A stretch of 49,237 nucleotides of DNA from Octopus bimaculoides (GCF_001194135.2 NC_068987.1:6127309-6176545), one strand, 5' to 3'. Shown: positions 25,941 through 38,735, counted from the first letter of the stretch. Made by a program: numbers and translations. Notes: generated by a model not told the origin, from the sequence alone.

Positions 25941-26345
25941 CAATGTTTTCCAATTTTCTGTTTATTACTGCTATGTCTGCTTTGAACGATCTGCGCCATG
26001 TTGCTTTTGGTCTTCCTCTCTTTCTCTTTCCGCTAGGTGGGTCCCATCTAAATGCTGTTTTGGCGTGCCGTTGGTCTGGCATGCGGGAAAATGTGCCCAG
26101 CTAGTCTCATTCTTCTCTCTGCCACGATGTCTTGCAGCCTTCTTGACTGTTCTCCATGGAGGACTGCAGCATTTGTGATGTGGTCGCGATAGGAGATCTT
26201 CAATATTTTCCGCAAGCACCTCTGATGGAATACATCCAGTATCTTGGATATTGTTGATGTTACTTTCCAACAAACATTTAGATCAGTTTAATATGCATGG
26301 GACGTATCTGACACGTAAAAAGGCCGCACTCAGTGTTGTTTGCCA
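25938..26345 (-). mobile_element. RTE-clade LINE, 3' fragment with (GA)n tail
   Basis: Frameshifted FHQRCLRKILKISYRDHITNAAV and AFRWDPPSGKRKRGRPKATWRRS, characteristic of the RTE ORF C-terminus. Confidence 0.88.
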
Positions 26346-26783
26346 TGGGGAAGAATTCTCAATTTAGATAATAGATGTTAGATTCTTTGCCTTGAACTTG
26401 CAAATGCAAGTGCTACCAGTTGAAAGCTCTACATACCGAATGCTAGCAAGTTTATGGGGTCATCCGGAGAAAATACGCTCACCACCTTAATAAATAAGAA
26501 TATTGATACAGGAGTGAAAAAGAAAATTCATTTCTATTAACTGATACCCGGAAGTGCATTCTTCTTTTATCATATTGCTGCCTAGTCTACCCATATTTCT
26601 TAGTGAGCAAATTACAAGTCCATCTTAATTACAATATAGAAACAGAAAGGAAAAAAATGTGTTTAGCGACGACGTTAACTTTACAACAAAGCCAAGGATG
26701 CTTGTATTTTTCATGTTTCAAACGTCGGAAATCGATGCAATTAACAAAATCAATATGTACATACGAACACTGACCCAGTGCGT

Positions 26784-26827
<44 letters not shown>

Positions 26828-27149
26828 CACACGTATATAATACACACACACGTGTAGATATGCATGCATATATGTATATAAGTATGTTTGTATCTATCTA
26901 TCTATTTATCTTTCTCTCCTCCGTCTCTCTCTTTCTATATATATATGTGTGTGTATGTGTGTATGTGTTTCTGTGTGTGTGTACGTATGTATGCATGTAT
27001 TTCGCCAGTATGGATGTATATATGTATCTATCTATTTATCTTTCTCTTCTTTCTCTCTCTCTCTATATATGTATGTGTATGTCTATACGTCGTATGTGTG
27101 TGTGTGTACCTCGTATACGAATATATGTGTATGTATGTTTATGTGTACG

Positions 27150-27354
27150 TTTATCTCCCTACCACTTGACAATCCGTCTTTACTTAAGTCCCCAAAACGA
27201 AGCGGTTGAATTAAAGAATTCGACAGAATACCTATCAGATATTAAATTATTAATGAGAGTGATGTGTTTGACTAAACCCTTCAATGCAATGCTGCAGCAT
27301 GGCCGCAATCCAGTAACTGAAACAAATAAAACAATAAAAGCTTACACACACATT

Positions 27355-27394
<40 letters not shown>

Positions 27395-27570
27395 NNNNNN
27401 NNNNNNNNNNNNNNNNNNNNNNNNNNNNNNNNNNNNNNGCAGGAGTGGCTGTGTGGTAAGTAGCTTGCTTTCCCACTATGGTTCAGTCCCACTGCATGGC
27501 ACTTTGGGCAAGTGTCTTCTACTATAGCCTCGGGTCGACCAAAGCCTTGTGAGTGGATTTCGTAGACGTT
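27150..27570 (+). mobile_element. SINE family A fragments: 3' half 27150-27345 and 5' half 27439-27570, separated by a gap
   Basis: Family A motifs on both sides of the (TA)n tract and N gap. Confidence 0.8.
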
Positions 27571-27637
27571 TTCCACGGACAAACAAACAAACACGACTGA
27601 AAACAATACCTCCGCCTTCGCTAAGACGGAGGTAACA
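27569..27637 (-). mobile_element. Helentron-associated (HINE-like) element terminus
   Basis: Minus strand TTGTTACCTCCGTC-TTAGCGAA-GGCGGAGGTA-TTGTTTTCAGTCGTGTTTGTTTGTTTGTCCGT: subterminal hairpin followed by a (TTTG)n tract, as recalled for non-autonomous Helentrons. Confidence 0.55.
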
Positions 27638-27981
27638 AAGATGCTCTAGAAAAGTGACGCGTAACTTACATTAACAATTTCATGGGTAAACTGTTGCTGG
27701 ACTCACGCCTATGAGATCATGCACGTAGTACTTATGAGTATGGTTATTACATAAGTTAGAGCCGTCTTGAAACAGATGTCGAGATGTGACTTTACATAAT
27801 TCGCTTCAGCTTCGTTTATTTTCTTCGTATTTTGTAATCTGTATTTTGTGTTCTTAAAGCTAATTTCGATACCGAGGTGCTGATCCTAGAGAGAATAATT
27901 TCCCATTCACTTGAGCACTAGCCTGTGATATTTACATTAAACTTATATCATTTTCTCCTACTCTCTACCTCTCTCTCACCC

Positions 27982-28044
<63 letters not shown>

Positions 28045-28049
<5 letters not shown>

Positions 28050-28184
28050 TGCTTTCCTATATAACGTTGTATATAAAGACACTAAACTGAAGGATTGCTC
28101 AATATTATTTTAGGGGTGCATGCTTATTAAACTTTTACAAGAAGAAAGGTCACATTGACTTGGGAGTTTCGGCCTGATATCCTT

Positions 28185-28190
<6 letters not shown>
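28045..28190. repeat. Dispersed repeat, copy 2
   Basis: Aligns by eye to 23245-23400 in the same orientation. Confidence 0.8.
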
Positions 28191-28233
<43 letters not shown>

Positions 28234-28938
28234 GTGTGTGCGTGTGTGTGTACTTGTGTGTGCGTGTGTGTGTGTGTGTGTGTATGTATGTGTGTGTGCA
28301 CTTATATATATGTATTATTTTATATGCATATACATACATGTTTTTATATATGTATGTGCGTGAGAGAAATGTGTGAGTATATGTGTGAAAGAGAGAGAGA
28401 AAAATAGAAAGAGAGCGAAAGCGAAAGAGAGGGAGAGAGAGAAAGCGAAAGAGAGAGAGAGAGAGAAAGAGAGAGAACTCATTATTTTAGAGTAATTCCC
28501 AGATATTGTTAATATGCACACTCTTATAAGTTCGATCTGACAATATATTTGAGCACTTTTTCAACGACGGTACAGTTATCAATCATCAATATTTTCTGGT
28601 CGTTCTCATTCCGAATCACTTCCAATGTTTGTACAAGATGCAATCGGTTGCTTTAAATATATATTCTAGCTACAATAATCTTTCAAAATGTCTGAATTTT
28701 ATTTATAACACTAACTCGGTGAATCGAAAGTTAATTAAATGCTACCAAGATTTACCGACTTAACCGTAAAGCACAACACCAACTCAAGCAACAAATTATC
28801 CGGTCCGTTTCCATTACCACTAATGCGGTGCTTAACCGGCAATATATATGACAGTAAATGTATTATATCATGTACGAACTTACGAATCTGATAGGATAGA
28901 GACCGTGATGTAGAATAGATATTTGTATAAACAGTTTC

Positions 28939-28983
28939 CTCTGCTTCGCTCCTGCTTCGCTCCTGCTTCGCTCCTGCTTCGCT
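28939..28983 (+). repeat. 11-bp tandem repeat (CTGCTTCGCTC) x4
   Basis: Direct reading. Confidence 0.9.
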
Positions 28984-29168
28984 TTTGTTTTTACTTGAAC
29001 ATCTTTTTCCAAGTTATATTANNNNNNNNNNNNNNNNNNNNNNNNNNNNNNNNNNNNNNNNNNNNNNNNNNNNNNNNNNNNNNNNNNNNNNNNNNNNNNN
29101 NNNNNNNNNNNNNNNNNNNNNNNNNNNNNNNNNNNNNNNNNNNNNNNNNNNNNNNNNNNNNNNNNNNN

Positions 29169-29206
<38 letters not shown>

Positions 29207-29925
29207 AATATAGGAGTATATGCATATATATGTACATGTATGTATATACGTTCATCCACATGTACATATAGATACATAACTGGATACATGACGTGGCAAA
29301 AGAACAAGGACAAAAATGGTAAACAAGGTGCAACAAACAAGCAGGCCACATAGAAACATCCCCTTCATCAGCTGCCACCATTAAAGCTCCGGCGTTAAGC
29401 ATATATTGTAGATGTATGCATATACAAGCGCATACATGCATGCATGCACAACAAACACATTTTGTTCTTGGACAAGAAATGAAATAACAAATACAAGAGT
29501 CAGAAATATCGCTAAGAGAAATTAGTTGGGTCATGTGATCATTTTTTGTTAGTTGTGTTATATGGGTCATATCTTGTTAATTGGGTCATGTGGTCATGGC
29601 TTGTTTTTTTGTTTTGGACAATTGTCAGAGTCGGTTGAGCATCAGATGAAATATCTCGTGATATTTATTATTTCCGCGTTTTTCTGCTCGTTGTGAATTT
29701 TGACAAGTTTAACGTCATTTTACTCCTTCAGAATTCGATCTCAGTCTAGGGTGGTTGGCTGGTGGAATCGATAAAGCATTTATGAGATATCTTGTGCCAT
29801 TTGTTCTCAGTGAACCAATATTCCTGTGAAAAAAATAATTGTACTAAATACCTGAGAAGCCTTATTCAAATATGGCTTTTCAGGTATTTAGTACTACATT
29901 AGAATATGGCATAGCAACTACTCAC

Positions 29926-30187
29926 CGCTTGTAAGATTCTCATCCAGACTGTATTCTCCACAGGGTAATGTAAAGGACCGAATATTATTGCCATCTAGCA
30001 TAAATGTCATAGACGTTTCTGTAGAAAAGACCTTGATTTCTGTTAGTTGTGAAGTCATTGACCAAATCTTTATGTGGATTCCTTTGGTATATTTGCAGAA
30101 AACATTTGGTATTAGAAAATGCGTCCCACTTGATTGGTTGCATAGCGATCCTGGAAAGAAAATAATGATGGATAAAACTTCAATCAT
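29926..30187 (-). CDS. IgGFc-binding-domain membrane protein, first clear coding exon (MIEVLSIIIFFPGSLCNQSSGTHFLIP...ENLTSG)
   Basis: ATG at 30187 with an in-frame TAA just upstream; hydrophobic signal-like stretch; strong phase-1 donor G|GTGAGT at 29925; joins exon 2 in frame. True 5' boundary uncertain (alternative acceptor giving a start at 30177). Confidence 0.75.
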
Positions 30188-30279
30188 AAAATAAAATTAC
30201 CAATGATTTTCTGTTTTTGCAGAAGGGCGGATGCGGTATTTAACCAACGACCACTGTATATACAGGTATTATTTGATCA

Positions 30280-30480
30280 CTCTCTAATGGTTAGCACGCC
30301 GGACAAAATGCTTAGTGGCATTTTTCTGGCTTTACGCCCTGAGTTCAAATACCACCGAGGTCTACCTTGCCTTTCATCCTTTCGTGATCGATAAAACAAG
30401 TACTAGACAATTTCTGGAATCGATGTAATCGACTACCTCCCTTCCTTGCGAATCTCAGGCCTTGTGCCTATAGTAGAAAG
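30280..30480 (+). mobile_element. SINE family B (tail i), about 100 bp upstream of the IgGFc exon, antisense to the gene
   Basis: GTTAGCACGCCGGACAAAATGCTTAG...CCTTTCATCCTTTCG...GCCTTGTGCCTATAGTAGAAAG. Confidence 0.85.
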
Positions 30481-32169
30481 CATTGTTTTATCACTCTCTT
30501 GTCGGGAGCGGGCTGAATGGAACACAAAGTTTGTTTAAACGGAATCATTTTTCACAAGTTAGTCTAAAGTTTTCAGAACTCTATACAAATGAATAAATAA
30601 AAATAGGTGCAATCGATGTGGTTGCGGTTCAATTTGAATATTATTCGGTCGATGTTTCAAAGAAAAAAGCGAAAGGAAAACTTTGATCGCAGATCTGGTG
30701 ATAAAGAATTGGGGTAACTGTTTATCACAACGGGTGAATTGTGAGAGTCTGTAACAGAAAAATGAGTGGGAGAGATTTGTGGATTAATTAGACCAAAGCA
30801 GAACTATGTAGGTTGGTCTGATCGTCTATAAACTTTATGATTAATTCATGTAAATTTTCTAACAAAATGACAACAGACAGCGCACATAATGTCACTGTAC
30901 ATGTAACAGTAATAAACGTGAAAGCAGTTTCAATCAGGTGGGACCACTGCGCATTATAATACCTTCTAAAGCCGTCTGATTTTCAACATGGCCAAGCATT
31001 TATTCCGCAACAGATTTCCTAATTATATAGGATGAAAGCATCAATTTACTGATGAAGGTTTTTCTAAATATCAGAATGTTTCAAAACGCGTGATAGAGTT
31101 CTAGTAATATCTATGAAACGGTTCTGCTTTTACACTCATAAATATCGCAGACTACATTTAAATGAATGCATCATCACTCGCCATCAAGTTCCAACCACTA
31201 ACTGTTTCTTTTCTCTCTTTTATCGGTAATGTTACTGTAACAGCTTTTGAATCTCTGGAGTAGCTCAATCAGAGCCCCCCATCCGCCCAATTTCACTTAG
31301 TTTTTGTCTCTTCTCACATTAACTTTTAAAATATGATGCGTAATCCACGTATTAATCACTTAATCTATCTATCCCTTCTTATATATGAAGCTCTGTGCTA
31401 TCTCTAATTCACTGTCTACAAATATATTGTTGTTACAATAAATCATAGGGTGAGTAACCTGCAAATCTTTGGCCACACGAGGCCCGTGTGGCCATTAAGT
31501 GCGGCGTTCTGGAGAAGTGTGAATTTTGTATTAAAATATACATAATTACGTATGACTAAAAATGTTCAGATCTTTCTAATGAGTAAGAAAAACATCAAAT
31601 ATATATATATTGTGCACCTTTCTTTATTTTTCGTGTGATTTCAAATTCAAAATTCTAGTCTCACCAAGATTTTTCTAGAAGTGATTATCTCCCTTACAAT
31701 AACTGGCCACTAGGGCACGTTACATTTTTATATTTTTCATTACATATTTATTAATAGACTCGGATTATTTTCTAGAGCCAACTTAATATATACAGTCGAC
31801 AACTTTTATGAATACACCGTATTGTAGTATCACACATGGTTTTATAAACGATGTAGGAGCTTCGCAATATGTTTCACCTTTATCATCATATTCCTCCTCC
31901 TCCTCCTTCCTCCTTCCTTCTTTTTCTCTTCCCCTTTTCTCCTTAGCATTGTCGATATCGTCCTCTTTGTCGTCGTCTCTCCCGCTACCATTTATAATTC
32001 AATGTATTAGTCAACCCACAGAGAATAAATCTATTTAATTACCTTTAAAGTGGTACGCCAAACATAATCCGATGCTCATGGTAAACACTGGAAAAGAAAT
32101 GGAAATCTATCAGGAAACAAGAACTGCAATACGAACAAGCAGACACAAAGCAGCAGGCAGCACGATCGA

Positions 32170-32310
32170 ATCCAACGACACGTAACACAGAATGGTTTCG
32201 CAATACGCCGAGGTCGACTTTGCCTTTCGTGATTGATAAAATAAGTAGCAGTTGAGCACTGGGACACTAGGACTTAACCACTGTCCCCAAATTTCTTGCC
32301 TTGTACCAAA
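32170..32310 (+). mobile_element. SINE family B, diverged fragment
   Basis: CGCCGAGGTCGACTTTGCCTTTC...GATAAAATAAGTA...CCCCAAATTTC. Confidence 0.7.
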
Positions 32311-34179
32311 AATTCTTCATTGAACTTTATATTTTCTTAAGACATAAAACGTCCATTAAATTCTTTATATAACAATATATTGTCGTACTCCTCGGTATTT
32401 TTGGAGATCAATGGCCATGCTAGATTAAGAACATTGAACCACATATATCCACGTTTTTATGCATATCTTCAATTAAATCAACATTACTCACTTGTGTGAC
32501 TGATGTGCATTATACAAATCATTTAAAACATGCAATCTAAATTTTTCTGAGCTAAATTGTTTTCTATAAACTTTACTGATGATATGCATATGCTTAGAGA
32601 CAGATTCAATCTCATTGACAAAACAAGCCACGGAGTTAGAGGTTGCTACGTAAGAAACTAAAATAAAGCTAATTGGACGCTCATTGTGGTACTAGATGTG
32701 TAGCTTTATTCCTCTGCCGTTTCAGTATTTATCTGAAAGCCTAAGCGAAGTCGTTCATCATACATTAGAGAAAGGAAGAAAATGGCTAAACATTTTGCTG
32801 TCATCGAAGACCAATCTCGACTTTATTGATACGCCTACGCCGACGTTTGTGCGGTTTTTCGCCTTTGAACCTCATTAATTTCTTGCCAATCACATCTATA
32901 AAACTGTTGAAATTTCGTTTATTGATAAGAAAGATTTGTATTATTCACAGAAAAGACATTTAATTGCTTCTGAGTCAAGTTCTTAGCAACGTCGCTGGTT
33001 AGCCAGCAGTTACAATCGTACTTAGGAAGAAGAGGAAAGAATTTTTAGTTTGGTCAATAGAGAAAATATTTTCTAGGGTCATGCTTTAAATACGCCGTAT
33101 GAAAAAAAAATGAACATTTCAAGTAGTGCATCAAGGATCGACTGAGCTCTTAAACAAACACAGACACGCGCACACATGCAGACACTACATACATACATAG
33201 AGTTCCGTGCTTTGGCACTTATCAAAGGTTTATATATATANNNNNNNNNNNNNNNNNNNNNNNNNNNNNNNNNNNNNNNNNNNNNNNNNNNNNNNNNNNN
33301 NNNNNNNNNNNNNNNNNNNNNNNNNNNNNNNNNNNNNNNNNNNNNNNNNNNNNNNNNNNNNNNNNNNNNNNNNNNNNNNNNNNNNNNNNNNNNNNNNNNN
33401 NNNNNNNNNNNNNNNNNNNNNNNNNNNNNNNNNNNNNNNNNNNNNNNNNNNNNNNNNNNNNNNNNNNNNNNNNNNNNNNNNNNNNNNNNNNNNNNNNNNN
33501 NNNNNNNNNNNNNNNNNNNNNNNNNNNNNNNNNNNNNNNNNNNNNNNNNNNNNNNNNNNNNNNNNNNNNNNNNNNNNNNNNNNNNNNNNNNNNNNNNNNN
33601 NNNNNNNNNNNNNNNNNNNNNNNNNNNNNNNNNNNNNNNNNNNNNNNNNNNNNNNNNNNNNNNNNNNNNNNNNNNNNNNNNNNNNNNNNNNNNNNNNNNN
33701 NNNNNNNNNNNNNNNNNNNNNNNNNNNNNNNNNNNNNNNNNNNNNNNNNNNNNNNNNNNNNNNNNNNNNNNNNNNNNNNNNNNNNNNNNNNNNNNNNNNN
33801 NNNNNNNNNNNNNNNNNNNNNNNNNNNNNNNNNNNNNNNNNNNNNNNNNNNNNTATATATATATATATATCCAATCTTAAAAATATACCTGTTTTTAGAT
33901 ATAACTTTACTTCAGCCAAGTTTAAAACAATCAAATATATATTAGGCTAATTTAAATTCAGCGAAGAGATAAATACTACAATATTATCTTCGCGAGTTAT
34001 TATTATTTACGGCTGAATAATCTCTCTTTACGTCAGCTATTTCTGCCATGAAATCCCTAGTGTGGTGGAAATTAGTTTATTTAGAGACAAAAATATGATG
34101 AGGCTGATAACTGCACGTTCACAAATTTTGTTGTAATTTTATACATAAATTCTATACATTAATCGCATCCTTTTAATTT

Positions 34180-34525
34180 TTATCGTTTACTTGTTTATAG
34201 CAACGGGATTGCGGCCATGATAGAGCACCGTCTTGAAAGGAGTTTTAGTGGAACAAATTCTCAGCAGTACTTAGGTATTTTTAACTCAGATACTTATTCT
34301 ATCAGTCTCTTCTGCCGAACCCCTACGTTACAGAGACGGGAAGAAACCAAGTGGTGGTGGTGGTGGATGACAATCACAGACACAAAGACACACACTCATA
34401 GACATTTATTGAATTCACTCACAAGTCATTGGTTGGCCCTAGGTAGTCTCTCGCCCAAGCTGCAGCGCAATGGGACGGAAACCGGAACGACGTGGTTGAA
34501 AGCGAGCTTCTTAACCACACACCAA
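34180..34525 (-). mobile_element. SINE family A, diverged, near full length
   Basis: GATTGCGGCCATGATAGAGCACC...CTTCTGCCGAACC...GGAAACCGGAACGACGTGGTTG...CTTCTTAACCACAC. Confidence 0.75.
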
Positions 34526-34721
34526 TCCTGGTCACATTCATTACTGTGACGCTATCTAAGTAAACTAAATGTTGGCGGCATGGCAACAACTGAATCTTTG
34601 ACCAATTACTATGGCATTCGCTTGCAGGAATGCGTTATCTTACAACATACAATTGCCAAATGGAATAAACTGGATTGCAGTGCCTATCTTCACTTATTGT
34701 GAAAAATGTTTGTTAATCCCT

Positions 34722-35220
34722 TCTACTATAGGCACAAGACCTGAAATTTTGGGTGAGGTGGGGGCCAGTCGATTAGATCGACCCCAGTGCATAACTGGTA
34801 CTTAATTTATCGACCAAGAAAGGATGAAAGGCAAAGTCGACCTCAGCGGAATTTAAACTCAGAACGTAACAGCAAACGAAATACGGCGAAGCATTTCGCC
34901 CGGCGTGCTAACGTTTCTTATTTCTTTTAATGCCCACAAGGGGCTAAACATACAGGGGACAAACAAGGACAGACAAAAGGATTCAGTTGATTATATCGAC
35001 CCCAGTGCGTAACTGGTACTTAATTTATCGACCCCGAAAAGATGAAAGGCAAAGTNNNNNNNNNNCGACCCCAGTGCGTAACTGGTACTTAATTTATCGA
35101 CCCCGAAAAGATGAAAGGCAAAGTCGACCTCCGCGGAATTTGAACTCAGAACGTAACGGCAGACGAAATAACGCTAAGCATTTCGCCCGGACTGCTAACG
35201 TTTCTGCCAGCTCGCCGCCT
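34722..35220 (-). mobile_element. SINE family B dimer (tail-i copy 34722-34916, tail-ii copy 34917-35220)
   Basis: Two complete cores; the second ends in head TTCTGCCAGCTCGCCGCC. Confidence 0.9.
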
Positions 35221-35239
35221 TAACCCTTCCATAGAGTTT

Positions 35240-35372
35240 CTTTCGACCAAATTCACACTCAAGTCTATGGTCGGCCCAAGTTTAAAGTAGAAGTATGCCT
35301 CGCATTGGGACCGAACTCGAAATCACGTGGTTGTAAAGCGTGCTTCTTAACCATACAGCCACGACTACGCCT
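35240..35372 (-). mobile_element. SINE family A, 5' half
   Basis: CCAAATTCACACTCAAG...GGGACCGAACTCG...CTTCTTAACCATACAGCCAC. Confidence 0.7.
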
Positions 35373-35989
35373 AAATATAAAGCTTTTATCTTGCTGCAAG
35401 CACAAGAGATTGTTCATCCGACATTACTTTGAACTGACATTCATATATCACAGGTTTTAAATCAAGAACACAATATACCAAAGCATCATTTCAGTAAAAT
35501 ATTTAGCTTTATATTGTCTGTGTCTTTACTATTCCTCTGTTTTACGGTTATAACATTAACAGCTATCGATTTTAAAAGCTTTAACGACAATGATGTTATC
35601 AAGTAAATCGGTGACCGAATGGCATTAGAGACAAATTTCCGGGCCATGCTGGTTAATTAGGCACAGATCCAAATTTGGTATGCTCACGTGAAGAGGTTTT
35701 TAATGTTAATTCCCTTTCTAATTAATTTCAGTAATATCCTTGCTCACTTTCCTCTGTCAGATACCATTTATCAACCTAACCTATTCAACCAGATTGCACA
35801 GATAAACGGTGCAACTCGTTATACAGTCACTTATCATAAAAGTTTTCATAAACTTTTTATACAATAACTATGATTATTAAACAGCATCTCTTCTGTGCCC
35901 AAAGTATCCGTAACGAAGTTCTCTGCAGTCTCTACATCTATGGCGTTGTGATTATTCAACCATAATTCTAGCTCTTACTAATAAAAGGG

Positions 35990-36300
35990 TGAAGATGCCT
36001 GGTCTTGTGGTTAAGACGTTGCACTAACAATCGCAGAATCGTGGTTTCGATTCCCTGACCCGGCGGTGTGTTGCGTTCTTGAGCATAAGTCATCATTTCA
36101 CGTTGCTCTAGTCCACTCAGTCGTAACTGAATTCTAACAACAGCAGAGAAGTTAACCCGGCGACAGACGGACAAGTGTTTCATTGAGGTAGTGAAGACTC
36201 TTGGTCTTCCATAAACAACCTTGACCGGGCTTATGCCTCTTAGGAGAACTTTCTAGGTGCAATCCCATGGTCATCCATGACCGAAGGGTGTCTTTTCCTT
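35990..36300 (+). mobile_element. Third tRNA-derived SINE family (C), possibly with a Meta-like central domain
   Basis: A-box-like TGGTCTTGTGGTTAAG, B-box-like GGTTTCGATTCC, then TTCTTGAGCA...TTGCTCTAGTCCACTCAG. Confidence 0.6.
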
Positions 36301-36599
36301 TCGATGCATAATAGAACTTCCAATATCGTAATACCTACTTAGAAGAGATTTTACAACGAAGAAATGTAATACTAAACAACGGGGCCAAACTCTTTCGTTC
36401 CTAGTGTTTCTTTTTGAGTCCTTTAATCTAAAGAGTTACTGCCTTTGCGAAATACATAATCCCAACCCAGCACCAAATTTAAATCATTAAAGACTACCAA
36501 AGAACGTGTTTCATAATAACATCCCAACGCCTAGGTGTATACTTCATATTCCTCCTCCTCCTCCCCCCCCCAGACAAATATATTTGCGTGTAAGTATTC

Positions 36600-36985
36600 C
36601 TTTATTATTTTACTTTATACAGTCATTTGACTGCGGCCATGCTGGAGCAACTCCTTTAGTCGAGCAAATCGACCCCAAGACTTATTCTTCGACTTATTCA
36701 TCCTATCGGTTCTCTTTTGCTGAACCGATGAAATTATGAGGGGCGTAAACACACCAGCATCGGTTGTCAAGCGATGTTGGTGGGAGGGGGGACAAACACA
36801 GACACACAAACATATATATATATACGACGGGCTTTTTCAGTTTCCATCTACCAAATCCACTCACAAGGCTTTGGTCGGTTCGAGGCTATAGTAGAAGACA
36901 CTTGCCCAAGGTGCCACGCAGTGGGACTGAACCCGGAACCATGTGGTTGGTAAGCAAGCTACTTACCACATAGCCACTCCTTCAC
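36600..36985 (-). mobile_element. SINE family A, full length, near consensus
   Basis: Complete reverse complement of head to tail. Confidence 0.93.
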
Positions 36986-37375
36986 CTATGTGCATGTATA
37001 TATATAAATTATAATCCGATGCTTTATAAACAGAGACTAGTAATAACCACATAATTTACTTGGATATTGTATCTTTTAAGGTTTCAGTTTACTTCAGACA
37101 GTTTAAATAGAATTTATACAATGAAGTCCTTCACAATATTGTCTGTTTCCTTCAATTTTTCCCTTATTTAATGGTAGGAAAGAACAGCCATTAAGTTGAT
37201 AATAATGGCGAACTAAGACTTGAACATTACTGAACTAATAAAATAGATATAGTCTACTATTTTATAGTTTATCATTAACCTCGTTATACATCCCATTTCG
37301 CCTTTATTACATTTATTTGGTTATTTAATTAGTGACTTACTCCTGACTTGTGAAATAAAATATTTGGATATTTAT

Positions 37376-37547
37376 AGGCGCATGAGTAGTTGTGTGGTAG
37401 GTAGCTCGCTTACCAACCACATGGTTCCGGGTTCAGTCCCAATGCGTGGCACTTTGGGCAAGAGTCTTCTGCTATAGCCTCGGGCCGACCAAAGCCTAGT
37501 GAGTGGATTTGGTAGACGGAAACTGAAAGAATCCCGTCGTATATATG

Positions 37548-37587
<40 letters not shown>

Positions 37588-37795
37588 AATGTATGTTTGT
37601 GTGTTTGTGCTTGTCCTCCCAACATCGCTTGACATCGATGATGGTGTGTTTACGTCCCCATAACCTAGCAGTTCGGCAAAAGAGCCGATAGAATAAGTAC
37701 TAGGCTTACAAAGAATAAGTTCTGGGGTCGATTTGCTCGACTAAAGGTAGTGCTCCAGCATGGCCGCAGTCAAATGACTGAAAGAAGTAAAAGAA
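37376..37795 (+). mobile_element. SINE family A, full length, near consensus
   Basis: Complete head (A box, B box GGTTCAGTCCC), microsatellite core and tail. Confidence 0.93.
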
Positions 37796-38490
37796 AGATA
37801 TTAGTGTATCCACTGAAAGAGTAGTTTTGTGGCTGTACAGTGAAAACGCTTGCTTTACAACCATGTAGTNNNNNNNNNNNNNNNNNNNNNNNNNNNNNNN
37901 NNNNNNNNNNNNNNNNNNNNNNNNNNNNNNNNNNNNNNNNNNNNNNNNNNNNNNNNNNNNNNNNNNNNNNNNNNNNNNNNNNNNNNNNNNNNNNNNNNNN
38001 NNNNNNNNNNNNNNNNNNNNNNNNNNNNNNNNNNNNNNNNNNNNNNNNNNNNNNNNNNNNNNNNNNNNNNNNNNNNNNNNNNNNNNNNNNNNNNNNNNNN
38101 NNNNNNNNNNNNNNNNNNNNNNNNNNNNNNNNNNNNNNNNNNNNNNNNNNNNNNNNNNNNNNNNNNNNNNNNNNNNNNNNNNNNNNNNNNNNNNNNNNNN
38201 NNNNNNNNNNNNNNNNNNNNNNNNNNNNNNNNNNNNNNNNNNNNNNNNNNNNNNNNNNNNNNNNNNNNNNNNNNNNNNNNNNNNNNNNNNNNNNNNNNNN
38301 NNNNNNNNNNNNNNNNNNNNNNNNNNNNNNNNNNNNNNNNNNNNNNNNNNNNNNNNNNNNNNNNNNNNNNNNNNNNNNNNNNNNNNNNNNNNNNNNNNNN
38401 NNNNNNNNNNNNNNNNNNNNNNNNNNNNNNNNNNNNNNNNNNNNNNNNNNNNNNNNNNNNCCTGTCTAAAAGTCGTTATTGGCTACAATA

Positions 38491-38735
38491 CAGCAATTCC
38501 TCGCCATATCGCAGTTCCCCTATCGCGGTTCCCCTATCGCGGTTCACCTATCACAGTTTATTATCTAAACTAATATCGATTCCTCCGTGGTGTTGTTTCG
38601 CATTTATAGTAAAATAAATATATACAAATTATAAAAATAATTTTAAAATATATACAGTACAGTACAGTTTCTACTTCGCGGATTTTCACCTATCGCGGGT
38701 GAAACGCAACACATACGATAGTCGAGGGATTACGG
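38491..38735 (-). mobile_element. pogo/Tigger-like MITE, copy 2
   Basis: Reverse orientation of the same element, TA-flanked; internal 12-bp tandem CTATCGCGGTTC. Confidence 0.85.

Noticed and set aside
29350-29385. CTGATGAAGGGG on the minus strand
   Set aside because: No downstream GAAA core on the same strand, so it is not a hammerhead.
32720-32878. Plus-strand exon-like frame after tttcag| (YLSESLSEVVHHTLEKGRKW...)
   Set aside because: No donor, no homology and no partner exon identified.
34999-35125. About 50-bp direct repeat flanking a 10-N gap
   Set aside because: Typical unmerged contig overlap, so an assembly artefact.
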